DNA from: Bugula neritina
Lineage: Eukaryota; Animalia; Bryozoa
DNA length: 64,000 nt
Assembly (NCBI GenBank): GCA_964035545.1
Contig: OZ037768.1
Coordinates: 19,885,700 to 19,949,699 of the forward strand
Reading direction: 5' to 3'
Position numbers and translations under genes: made by a program. This document shows positions 1-32,094 of this stretch, piece after piece. The notes beneath the pieces are model-generated. The model was given only the letters and a program-made list of their open reading frames with translations, was not told where the DNA came from and did no database searches. Within the stretch, counting starts at the first letter, position 1. Each line of letters opens with the position of its first letter.

Positions 1-1095
1 TGACCTAAAATATTTGTGTTATGTTTCTACAGCAGCCAGTATTCAGCTTTTATAAAATTCCTTCAACAGAAATACAATTAATGCTCACCACGATTATTTA
101 AACTTCTTGTTTTGAGCTAAAAATAGCCTATACTGCGCTTAGAATAAAATAAATTGACCAAATACTTATTATATTTTTACAATTGAATACCAAATTTAGT
201 CTTACCTTAGTTGTGATATTTATAGTGACAAAGCTATTCTTTTAATCAATCGCTTAGCAGCACTACTACAGCAGTAAATGACATTTAGATTAGTGGGTCT
301 TCTTTATATACTATTCAGACACAGCAAGTTGCCATTAGGGCTGAGACGATATCTGTAATGTACTCACAACTATAATAATATATACTTGGCTTAGTAATAT
401 TGCATTATTTAGCTTGCTTGGCTATCATGCAAGTAAAGTAAATTATTTGAAAACAATTTATTTTAAATTTTACCTTTTAAATTCATAGTCAATATCTAAA
501 TTTCACATTTTAAGCACTTCAGACTACACACATTGTAGCTGCACAAGTGCTTTATGGCTTTGCAAATATAAAATTTGAACATACCATAAGCAAATTCCAA
601 ATTAATTATTAGTTTCTTTATTGCAAGTTATTAAAAAAGAAATTGGGAAAAGCTTCCTACAACTTAGTTCATATTTAAAATCGTTTCAGCACTAGAAAAA
701 GATATTGATTAGTACATTATTACAAACATTTATAGCCATATTCAAGTTATGAAAACTTTGTCATTATTTCATGTGAAAATTAAAAAGAATTATTTAGGCT
801 TTTATATAAAAATTACTTAGTAAAAATAATATCTTTTTAATAAGACTTACCTAAAAATATAATTGATATTGTCTTTGCAATTTTTATATCTTACTTGTTT
901 AAGCTTCATTAGGCTTATTAATCATTAAGAACAGCTGACTCAAATACAGTATGACAAAAGCTAACTGACTTTGCATGTCAACCAGCCCTTACAATGCTTC
1001 CCAATATTAAATTAAACAACAATAATAAAGTCACATCTCTTATTGCGGAATACTTTTATATTTTTAACTAACATATCTAAGCTTCACAAACATAC

Positions 1096-1159
1096 ATGGC
1101 TTAAAACTTCTAGCAGGGTTCGACTTTGTTGCAGCTTCTGATCTTCTTGTTCGCACCAT
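1096..1159 (-). CDS. Putative first coding exon (MVRTRRSEAATKSNPARSFKP...) of a minus-strand gene continuing beyond the left edge
   Basis: Acceptor ttatttag at 1172-1173, ATG at 1159 in AAAA-ATG-G context, donor gtatgt after 1096. There is a candidate upstream donor at 2241-2242 and another acceptor at 5-6. No homology recognised. Confidence 0.35.
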
Positions 1160-2585
1160 TTTTGCTGTGTACTAAATAATAAGAATATTATGCTGGCCTA
1201 AAATAGAATTGAACAAAATAAGAATGGATTAAAAACAATATTAGTTTATTTTAGGTCAAAAATTAAATAAACTCCACAGTGAAACCGAATTGAAATTATA
1301 GATTTAAAATTATTAAAAATAATCATTATCACAGTCAGTATCACTGTGATACATTTATCACGATAATAAAATTGAAACTAAAATATCATCTTGCTCTTTA
1401 GTCTCTGTCTTGAGCTTACTACTACTAGTAGTTTAACTTTGTCTGATACTTATAATTAACTACTACTTACACCTGTATTTATAGGCCATTAGTATTACTA
1501 ATACTAATAGTTCTAGTGACTTAGTGTTACCATTTCAATTAGAATTAAATCAGTTTTGTGTTTTGCTTTTAACTACCCACTTGCTGCTTTCATGAATTTT
1601 TTTTCAGTAAGCTATTTTATTTATGCTTAATAAAACTTTGCTGATTGTATACAATGAGTTCGACTATCTTTACATGTTTTGTGAGCATCTAGCAATACAC
1701 CTAAATTCAACTTGCAAATAATAGTTTTGACTCTACATATTTTCATCGCATTGTACTTTTCTACATTTTTTGCAACAAGTAAAAACATTTTCATTAGTTA
1801 AAATAGTCTTACTATTTACTATTTAATATTTTGAAGAGCCTCTAGCCTTTAGCAAAGCTTCTACACTGAATTAACACTCAACTATGTAGTGCTGTTGCTT
1901 TTGTCATTTAATTAACACCAGAGTAAACAATGGGCTATTTGTTTTAATAAAAGCTATTCACTATAGAGTGTTGAACTATTGTGAGAACTTCTTCAAAATA
2001 TAATTGTTATACAATGAGTTAAATGTTAATTTGTGACAAGTAGAACTTGGATTTTGAGTGTTTGTAAAATGCTAACAAAACATTTTGAAATCAAAACAAA
2101 TACACAAATCAATTAAGTAGTTTGTAATAATTCCTCACAATTGAGCTTGGAAATAACCATTTTCAAGCATCACATAAACGCGTTTAGGTGTTTAGTTAAA
2201 AGCGAACTTTTATTTTTAAGAAGAAAATGCTTGCCCTTTTACCTGATATTTGGTTTATTCTAACTTAATTGTTAAAATTAAATATAAATCTAATTACTGC
2301 TTAGATATTTTCAGGTTTAATTCCTGTAACATTTTCTTTTCAAGTTTTTCTGTCATTTGTTAAGTTATAATCATTTGTCGGTTTCCCATTCATTTCAACA
2401 ACAATAAACAAATGTGCAATCATTAATCAACGCAAAAGGCTATTGTATTCACCTACACTATATGTCAGCCAGTGTGGGATGATTTTACAACAGGAAACTA
2501 TGAGTAAATCGGATGAAAGTGTATTGAGTGCGGCAGCGTAAATTATTAATATTTCAACGGCAGAGTACAGGAGCCGGCATAGGGC

Positions 2586-2593
2586 TGACGTCA
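2586..2593. promoter_or_regulatory. Perfect CRE palindrome TGACGTCA in a CpG-richer patch upstream of the left-edge gene
   Basis: Motif seen directly; function inferred from position only. Confidence 0.25.
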
Positions 2594-5500
2594 TGTAATA
2601 ATAATCTATAATTTCTGAATAATTTGCTCGCATGACATCATAACCCTTAGCAACTTTTATCAAGGTAAAATTTAACAGGTATCTGTAAGCAGGATCCTAT
2701 TTATTTAATAGGCTGATGAAGTTCTTTTTAAGGCAAATGACCATCATATTATATGTACACTTATTCAATAAAACACTATATTTGCCCATAAAAGTTTATA
2801 TTTTAGCAAACATTAATTACTGTTACCCGTGTATACAATATAAACAAATCAGCTTTCTTATATGCAGAATAACCTTCAAAGCTTCAACATCGGAAGCAGT
2901 TTTAGCAATTTAGGCCTACTGACTTATAGGTAATGTAAGTGCATGGCTAGCGGGTATGTAGGTAGGTAGGTAGATAGGTAGGTATATGGATAGCAGGTAA
3001 ATTGATGGTGTAGCAAAGAATTGTCCCTTGAAGGTTTTCTGACTAATTAATTGTTAAAATCAATAAAAAGTTTGAGTTAAGGAAACTGAAATGTCAAGTA
3101 GTGTGTGTAAACCGGATATGCAGCTCATAAGTAAACAACTAAGGTGTTCAACCAACCTGTAGTATTGCAACATAGTATAGTGATTGGTTGCTAAGTGTTA
3201 ATTTCTCCTGAAATGATCATTAGAAAATAACAATGTCTGTATGAGTCACAGATAGGCTCTGCTCACATAAATGTTGCATAATCTTTGGAATAGCTTGTTA
3301 CTATATTCACTAACAGAAACTGGTGTCACAAATTTAAGTGCCTCTCATTGTTGGTTGTTGTAAGCAGTTGGAATAATTGAGCTCATCATGCTCGAAGAAT
3401 AGCTATGTACAGTAACTAGTAAACAGCACTACGTATGCACAGCATATAACTATGGCCGCATAATATAATATATTATATTGTTATTGGTTAATTACCCGCG
3501 CTTCATATTCCTGCAAAATATCTAGGTAGTTTAAAAAAATGAATAATATGTTGTCTAAATTAGTCTCCGGGGTAGATTCTTAGAAAGACCCCACTATGAT
3601 AGTTCTATGGCCAAAATCATGGGCAGAACGAAATTATAAAAAGTAGTTTTAGGCTTTTAGCACATGCTGTTTTTTATCTATCACATGATAAACTAAAACC
3701 TGATATTCTAGGGATCTTTTCTTAGAAATCTATCAACTATCGAGTGCAATTTTTTTTACACAGGATCTACTGAATTGTAGCTTAGATCCTTTATGTTACA
3801 AACTAGCAACTCAGAATTTTATTAAGGTCACATGCATAATAATTACCTTTTTGTTTGCTACGAGGCTGCTATTTATTTAACACCAACTAATTAAATGATT
3901 GAAAAATTTAGGTACAGTGAAAAACATCAACAAAAAAGGACATCTAGTGCCTAACAATAACCCAGGCTCACTTGGCAACCTAGTAGGCAGTTGCGGGTCA
4001 CAGAAAGTTCACAAAGCTCATGTTTTAAAAGCAAAGCTCGATCAGCAGAAAAGTAATAGTTTTGAAAAAATATAACCCTTTTTATGCTTTAAGATGGAGA
4101 AGTTGTTGGAATTAATTTTTGCTTTACGGTAAGCAATAGTTGCAAGTTTGTCACAGCACTTCAAGGTAAGTTTTAGAAGTTCCTAACTACACTATAATTA
4201 ATTAATGAAATGTGCTTCAACAATAAATTAGTGTTTAAAGAATATTCCTTCCTTTAGCATTTTTAATGGATTCAATCAACCAATTGCATGTAAACAGACA
4301 CATTATTCTTACAGAATTATATAACTGCTCTAATTACAAATACATGGAGTAAATAGCTTGCTTAATAGCATGGTGTTTAAGTGGCATATTTCTATATAAC
4401 GCCTTTGATTGGTGTACAGTCTTGAAACATAACTATTGATATAGAAGTATAGAAGCAAGTTGGCCGCCACTAACATTCAGCAGGTATATGAAGAAGGGAA
4501 ATTGTCAATAAATAACTGTACTAAAATAAAATAGCTCGCATTTCTTAATGTTATAATTATTTTGCAAAAGATTCTTGACTTTAATTTTTAAGCACATCGT
4601 GTCATTTCACATTTGGTTATAAAAGCTTCCAACATATTTTATTTATTAGCTTGATAAAACTGGCCCAAAGAACAACTTTTAGAAATACTATTCTGTTACA
4701 ATAGTTAATGAAATTGTGTTAAATATAGCTCGCTCAAACATCTTAATATAATAAATTGTTTTGTCTTGGATATATAATCAAATAGCAATTAGACATTCAG
4801 GCTAAACTGGCATTGATTATTTACTTTGAATTATTTATGTGAAAGACTTTTGACTTTTAAAGCATGCACTAATGTGTAAGACAGCTCAATAGAATGTGTT
4901 TGATGTTCCCAAAACAGTTTTATTGATGTTTAGATGGCAAATAGAACTCTATATTATTAAGATATCATTTGTATTTACATTTAGTTTTAGATAGTCAATG
5001 TATTTAAATTTATATTTGTAGTCTATTTATATAACGATAAAATGCTCAATTAAAATATAGGCTAGTTCTAACAAGGTAATGGTTGAGTTAATACTATACA
5101 TTCAGCATGTGACAAACCAACATTTTTTCAACTATCGAAACAGTTGCAGCTATAAATAACAAGTTATTTCAAATTAAGAAACACAAAAATCAATTTAAAA
5201 ACATGAAACACTTTCAAAATATTAAATATGCCTGCATATATAGACATATTTAGTACACTATGTATAGGTGATGGCTTAAATTATTTTATTATAGAAAACT
5301 TTTACTTTTTCTTAAAAATACATATAAAGACTTATTGCATCAAAGCATCTTCTGGTGCATTTGGTAAATTTAAATGATTTTCAGGAGAAACAATTTTAAC
5401 AGGGAGTCACTAATGATTACACAAGTTGGAAAGTCAATTTGTAAATAAGCTAGAACAATAAGCTAAAACAATTTAAAGATGTATAAGAATTTGAGCTAAA

Positions 5501-6966
5501 ATAATGCCGACTTAAATAAAAGCCAACTAAATAAATTTTAAATCAATTTGTAATCGATTTTTGTCTAATTGAGTTATAGTTAAACTAGCATAGAACTTTG
5601 AAATTTAGCATCAACAATTAATTGTGTGTAAATTTAATTTTAATCAAAATTTTATGAGCAGGTTTTACAGCAATTAAGGGCCTTTCTTAACAAGTAGACT
5701 ATAATAATACTATACCAATCTAATCCTATCAACTTTCTCAATGAATGCTAGGAAAAGTACCTGTGAAAGTTAAATCTAACTTGTTGTGTACTTCTCTATT
5801 CAAATTCATAAAAATTATGCAAGTAAAATTAGTTATATGAGTTTCAAAATAAGATGGTTTATAAAACTTGATCAGTTGAACCAAAATAGTAGCCTATATA
5901 TTTTATAGATTTAGATTATTCAGTTTTTGTTCAGTTGAAATTGTTGTGTAGCAGACAACTCCCACATCAGCTTTTTCTTGGACATGCAGAGATATCTTCC
6001 TAATGTGATGTCATAATTCACTTGTATTGAGAGCTGATAACTCTTAAATTAATCCAGTATTTTGTATCAACTGCTATGGTATGTTTAAGAGACAAGCTAT
6101 TTACAGAGCTACAAAATACAACAAGCTAGAGCAAGCCAAGATATGTCAAAACCTTACTAAATTTCATAACTATCAAAGATGTTGTATTAGATTTTTGCAT
6201 TATGCCAAGTATATAATTAGTAATTTCATTATTACAAATCACAATCGCAAGTCTTGCCTTATGATGAGATCTTAGAAAAAGGTACATAGCTGTGCAAAGG
6301 ACGGCAAACATGTTTACTGAATAATTATCTATAAAATTACCAGAATGCTCTTTAATTAATGTAATAAGCTTTTTGCATAAACTATAATAGAAAGATGAAT
6401 GTCTTTTATTGGTCTTCTGCTAACTATAGAAATTCTAGAATATATTATGATTAGAAAGTATTGCATTTAGTTAATCGATTCAGAGTTAGTAGAAAGACTG
6501 TGGTCTTGGCGTGCATAAAGTCTGCGAGAAATGACAACATTTATTTCTCTTTTTCTATAGCTCAAAGTTCAAACTTTTACAGCTTTGTAAGAGCATTATA
6601 TTAGTCAAAGTTGCTACAGTTCTTGAACTCTTGAACTTTTAAGTTGGTAAATGGCAGAAAAACTTCTAGATTGATTGATCAATGCAAAAAAGATCAATAA
6701 ATAAATATTGATACAAAAAATGATAGCTTAGAATATAAATTAAAAAATTGATTTAAAGGATCATTTAAATTAAATTCATTTTTATTTGAATTATCTTGAT
6801 ATTGTATGATGTATCCAAAATTATGAGCTATAAATTACTAACTTTTGATTATATTAGGATATATAATTTAGAGTGTCATAATATAAAAAATAAGAAGAAA
6901 ATAATTTAGAGGACTTTTTAACAATCAAGTTGATAGAAAGTAGCATTTTTTTCATAGTCGAGCTCT

Positions 6967-11718
<4,752 letters not shown>

Positions 11719-11773
11719 AATTACTGTGTGCTTGCTGATTGAAGTCTTGTTAGTTAAGTGTAGGCAGCATACA

Positions 11774-11784
11774 GTGAGTCAGCA
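11774..11784. promoter_or_regulatory. NF-E2/Nrf2-Maf type ARE (GTGAGTCAGCA) just upstream of the mini-MTBD gene ATG
   Basis: Reverse complement TGCTGACTCAC matches TGCTGA[GC]TCA[CT] and lies 56 bp upstream of the ATG at 11718. It could fall in the 5' UTR. Confidence 0.3.
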
Positions 11785-11983
11785 AGTCATATCACTGGTT
11801 GCTATACGCTGTGCAAGCATTAACTTATAACTGTTTACTTAAATGGACAGCTTAAACATTAATTCATGTTGACATAAAATCAATATTTAGATAACACAAT
11901 GATGCAACAATGGTATTACAACTTCTTCCACTATTAACAGGCAAGTGGAAAACTCAACAGGTTATTGTTATATTTTATTGATT

Positions 11984-12015
11984 AGTGAGTCATTGTATTA
12001 ATACAATGACTCACT
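11984..12015. repeat. Perfect 32-bp palindrome containing two AP-1 sites
   Basis: AGTGAGTCATTGTATT|AATACAATGACTCACT. Confidence 0.9.
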
Positions 12016-12391
12016 GATTGTTACATAATTTAATTTATTACACAAAAGAACCAAGGCTAGGAAACGAATTGTATTATATAATATTATATGGTTACTTATA
12101 TAATATTCTAATTATTTTTTCTATAGTTTTTAGCTATCTTTAAATACTGAACACATGACCTTTGCTTTAACTCAATTTTAGTAAAAGTGTGTGTCTCCTT
12201 AATTTTAATAACTTTAAATTATTTTCTTGATTGATTGCAAAAGATGAAAAGTTTGAGGGTTTGAGCTACTTAGTTTACGTAGTTGTAACTTTACTGTATA
12301 ACCATAAAGACACCTAAAATATTGATACTCTAACACAACTATATGAATCAATGAAAAGTAGCAACTAAGTAGTTTTAACAATTTTCAAGGG

Positions 12392-12849
<458 letters not shown>

Positions 12850-13793
12850 GCTCATGCACCAGTGCGATGTTGAGGCTGAAATAAGCAGACAGCTCTGCGA
12901 TACCAATTCTCCACATAACGCAGAGTCTCCGTATTTTTAGATCATAATAGTATGGAAATTCCCATATTTAGTGTTGTACAATGTTGGTATGTATTTTATT
13001 GCATATTTAAACACTAGAATATGCTGCCAGCCATGCACAATACTAAGTTTGTATGGTACAGAAAGAGAATAAAAACAACTTGTAAATTTTTGTCTTTTTA
13101 GCAATAACATAGCAATGCAGTAAGTTCTTTTTCATTGGCTCATACAAGCACTTGGAAATTTTAAGCGTCTATAAAAACATCGTCATACCCATATTATTGT
13201 TAATTTATTCCATGGAAAATAGATTAGGCAAAAGTCAGTATAACTGTCTTCATTCTTTGCAGTTGTTTTATTTACTGCCTCAAACGTTCAGCTGTAATAG
13301 TCACACATTTACTGGCACTCAACTGCTAATATACCTGGCTACTTCATTAAATACACATTAATATAATATTATTACTTGATTTTTTATGGCAAAAAAATTA
13401 CAACAAAAAGCAGTAAAACTAAAAAAATATCATATGCTTAGAAAAAAATCTTTTGACTTGCAAAACAGCTGAATTTTGATGTAAGAGAGAATTTATGCAG
13501 CATCAATAATAGTGAACAACACAGACAATACTACATATAAATTAAATCAGTTTTGGTTAATGCATCTTATAGTTAAACCACTGCTGAAAAGTTCTCAAAT
13601 ATATACCAAAATAAAGTAGTTATTTGGGTTAATGGACAATGAACAAGTCTATAATGAGCCTATTGAAATAGTTACTTATTTTATCACATCTTCATTTCTA
13701 CACAAAGAGATTATAACTCTCTATAGATGGATAGTCAAAGCAGGTGAGTGAATATTCTATACATCTGTTGATAGTACAGATGTACTTGAAGGC

Positions 13794-27875
<14,082 letters not shown>

Positions 27876-30649
27876 GATTTCTCTCCTCTTTTACCAGAAA
27901 GTTACACTACTAACTACTCAGGTGGTATCAGCAATGTGTCTAACCAAACTATACAAGCTGATGGAGCAAGTCTTTATTCTCTACTACATAGTACTGTAGA
28001 GTTGTGCAAGAGAACTTTTTGCTCCATGAATACATTATTTAGCTGATTATTCAAGATTTATTGTGCGGCTATTATGGAATTCAAAGCCAATATAATGTAA
28101 GGGATAGATCGGGTTTTATAAAGGCACACATGCGCTAATAACAATAACCAACGTGGTGTTTAATCGGCATCAATAGGTTGCTCTCTGCTGTCATAACAAA
28201 CTCAATGCTCGGGTGAATTCAGCTACGCATGAGCAAAGAGTCAGCTGATCTCTAAGCATTGTTATTACTCCACTCCAATCAATAAAGTCATCAAATATTT
28301 GTGAATATAACACTCGAAGAATGCCTTTATATTCATAATAAATGCTGCCCATAAACTAGGCGCTGTAAAGATATATTAAGTTTACTTTATAATGTAATAG
28401 CACTGATACTTTACATTGTCTTAGGTCTTAAGAACAAAGCTATATAATTATAAAACTGTATACCCTGCAAACATGTATAGCAATTGTAATATAATTACTT
28501 TAGATTTCAAGTCTATTGCAGTGCAACAAAAGAAAAAAGCTGTAGTAAATATTACTATGCTAGTCTGTGTTGTTTGTTTGAAATCAACAAAAGCTTCTGT
28601 TAATATGACTGTTACTATAACCTATATTTAAAAACTGCCACTTTATACCACCCTACATTAGTAACTCTATGTGACAGCTATATACAGTTTTGTGTATAAT
28701 TTTATGTTATTTCAAAGTCAGCAAAGCAAAAACAAAATTCTTGATCATGATTAAAATCTAGAAGATGGCATAATTTTTCACAATAATAATATGTTCAATA
28801 ATTCTTTTATTAGAGCCATGCTATGGTGCAAATTTAAAATAAAAAAATGCATTATATATATCTTTGATTCACACATTTACTATTTATAGTTCCACAAGTT
28901 TGAAGTGTCTTTCTATATGTCTTTGCTTAGAAAAAGATGACAAATCCGTATATTATTCTGATATACAATTTAGATGGAATTTTACAAAAAGCCAAATTAT
29001 ACAATGCATATCTTATATTTTTAACGAATGTAATAATATAGTTATATCTGTACAATCACTGATTATTTTAGTATATTCAGCTATGTTTACTGTTATATGA
29101 GACATATGGCAGCACATACAGACAACTTCAGGCATTTTGGTTTTAATTTATATTATACATTAAATTTATCGTTATCTCTTGGGGGAGCTAGGGTAAAGGT
29201 TAGATGACATTTTGATTTTGAAGATGTAAACTTATGCTTATATACTTGGGACAAAGCACCAATCTTTGAAACTCTTGATTATAGATGACATATAATAGTT
29301 GTTGGTGGCAAGATACACACACGCACACGTATATTTATAATCAAAGGTCTAACTACAACATTTAATAATTACTCTTATGGCACTTAATGTTGGGAAAAAT
29401 ATATTTATTGTTATTAGAAAATAATAATATACAGTTTTGAAACCATGTGAAGTCTTCATGGTAATGACATCATTGCTATTTCTAAACCCATGTGGATCAT
29501 TGTTAAGATAGTAATACTGCTATATAATAGGAAATACCTATCATATAGTTCCTCTTAACTTACTGTACAAGTTACTTATGTTGATTGAGTGATATATTGA
29601 TGATATCTGCTGTCTCAAGAAATAAAAACCATGGACATGGGGTCCGAACAAGATCAACATTATCGAAATGCAGATCCTAAGGTGATTTGCTTATAATTAT
29701 AATAATGTTTCTGTGGCTATAAAAAGTTTTACTAATGACTTTGCATACAGTTATTTGTCATAACAATTTAAATATAAAAAATTTAAAATATCAGGTTTCT
29801 ATTTGATCAAAAGTTGGCATGCTTTGATATTTTTAGGACTTGCTCATCAAATAAGAAAATACAACATTGGATGTTCAATATCTATCCGTATTGATGGTAC
29901 TTTGTCATAGATATTTATTACTGACCTATACCTCAATCGGCATAATTATTTTAACATAATATTATCATTATTATTATTATCATTATTATTATAATATGAA
30001 CGGTAAGTCATAACAATACACGCAAAACTATGTTATATTTTGGCAGTTGTCTTTCCTTTTCATTTGCACGCACTAGTACCGAAAAGCTGGATCGTAAATG
30101 TTTGAATATATCCTATATCATATATCTCTCATTATAACCATTATTCGGCTTCAATGGTCCATTCAGGCTTCGATCAGGTATTGCTCGATATTCCTCTTTA
30201 GTTTTAATAGAACTAAAAGGTAATAAACTTGTTCTCTTCCCGCATGGCCAGAAATCCTGTTGATCTTTATGTAGATCGTATGTCACTTTATTATAATTAT
30301 AGCTTGTGATCTATAATGAAACATTACTTTACTCAAAACTCAAACTGTAAACCGCTATTGTTGCAAACTAAATTGTAGGATTACTTTTGAATGTTATAAT
30401 TGTGTATCCTCTTGTATTATTTTGGTTCAAATGCAGTTGTAAATTTGCCACCTGTTGCTGTTTTTAAAGGTTTACAATTAATATTATTGCATTTGGCTTG
30501 TGGATCTTACTTTGTAACATTGATGTTGATTGCTATGTATACTTATACTTATAGTAGTTATGATTTTATTTTTTAATTGGAATATTCAAGTTTCATATTT
30601 TAATTTTGTGTTGAAACAATAAGTGTAACAATAGCATAACTATTACTAA

Positions 30650-31560
30650 ACTATAGCTATAAGATTAAGTATAAGGCTAAGCATTATGATTATGATTATG
30701 ATTATCATTATGATTTTGATTATCATTATTATAATTATTGTGATAAACTTAAAGTTGAAGTTTTAGTTTAACAATAACTTAGTATTTAAGTTTAATTTGA
30801 AATTAAATTCAGACCAACTGTAAGAGTAAGTTAATCTTGATCATCATGATAATCATAATGTGATAGTGATACTGATAAGTGATAACCAATAGCCATAGGC
30901 AATAGGCTATAAATATAAGTAATAGTAATACTGATACTCTAATAATACTAATACTAATAGTAATAGTATTACTGTTAGTAATAGTAATAGTTTTTAGCCT
31001 ATAGATTATTAATATTTGTTATACTTAATTAGTAATACTTATAGTTTAATAAATTATACTTGGTCTTATTAATATCATTATGATAATCAGATTATGGCTA
31101 TGCTATGCTATGCCTATTGCCTATTAGTGTTACTTTTAGTATTACTATAAGTATAAGTATAACTATTAGTATTAGTATGGAGCCTAGTAGTAGTAGTAAT
31201 ACTAATAGTAATAGTATTAGTAATACTATTAGTATTAGTATTGGTAAATCACTAAATGTAAAACTAATTACTAATAATAATAATAATAATACGATAGACA
31301 TTACCATTATGAATAGTTAAGCTCAAACCTAAACACTTGCCAACTGTTCAAGTTAATAGTAATTCATAATGATAATATTTATATTAATTGTACGTATACT
31401 TATAGTCAATCAATCAATTATGTTCATCATTATTATTATTATCATGATCATGATCACAGATCATACTGTATGATTATTGATATTATTATGATTATGATCA
31501 TATTTATAATAATAATAATCACAATGTCTATCATTAAGATTATCGGTATCATTATGTTGT
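30650..31560. repeat. AT-rich low-complexity region of degenerate trinucleotide repeats (ATT/ATC/AGT/AAT)
   Basis: Seen directly; accounts for the spurious ORFs at 31098-31320. Confidence 0.8.
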
Positions 31561-32094
31561 ACTTATTTCATTTGAGTGGGAGTTACTGTTGGTGATTAGT
31601 TACTTGAGTGATGATATACACCGGCACATATAGTTATACCTTAATAGCTGAGAGTAAGTCAGTAGAGTAACTAAGAGTAAATGTTAAATGTGACTGAGCC
31701 AGATTTCTTTAGTAAACCAATAATATTGATATTCAATATCTTATTTTTGCCAAGTCAAACACTTGAAATAGTCAAATTTTGGAACTATTTCTCACTAAGC
31801 CCTTGTTGTACAATTTCTTAGTGATTTAAGTTTATTTTAAGTGAGCAAGATTTACATATCTTAATATAGCTTTCAATTTGTATGGATCTTGCAAAATCAT
31901 ATTGCATAGTCAGTTAGTGGTTACCTTTGGTTTCAGTAATCTGTTGCAAAGTACCTGCATGTGTTGAGTTTTCGTAGTGCAAAACCGGCAAGCTTCAGAA
32001 GTGTGTTCTGTAGACATTGATTTTCTGTAGGTTGCTGTGGCTAGTTGACTTAGTTATGTTGTAGAAATAGGTCATTCTTATCTCTTTACAGACC

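Noticed and set aside
2700-6900. Short ORFs and scattered splice-like sites
   Set aside because: No phase-consistent exon chain or recognisable protein; treated as intergenic or UTR.
31098-31320. Hydrophobic membrane-protein-like ORFs
   Set aside because: Low-complexity trinucleotide DNA with no splice or homology support.
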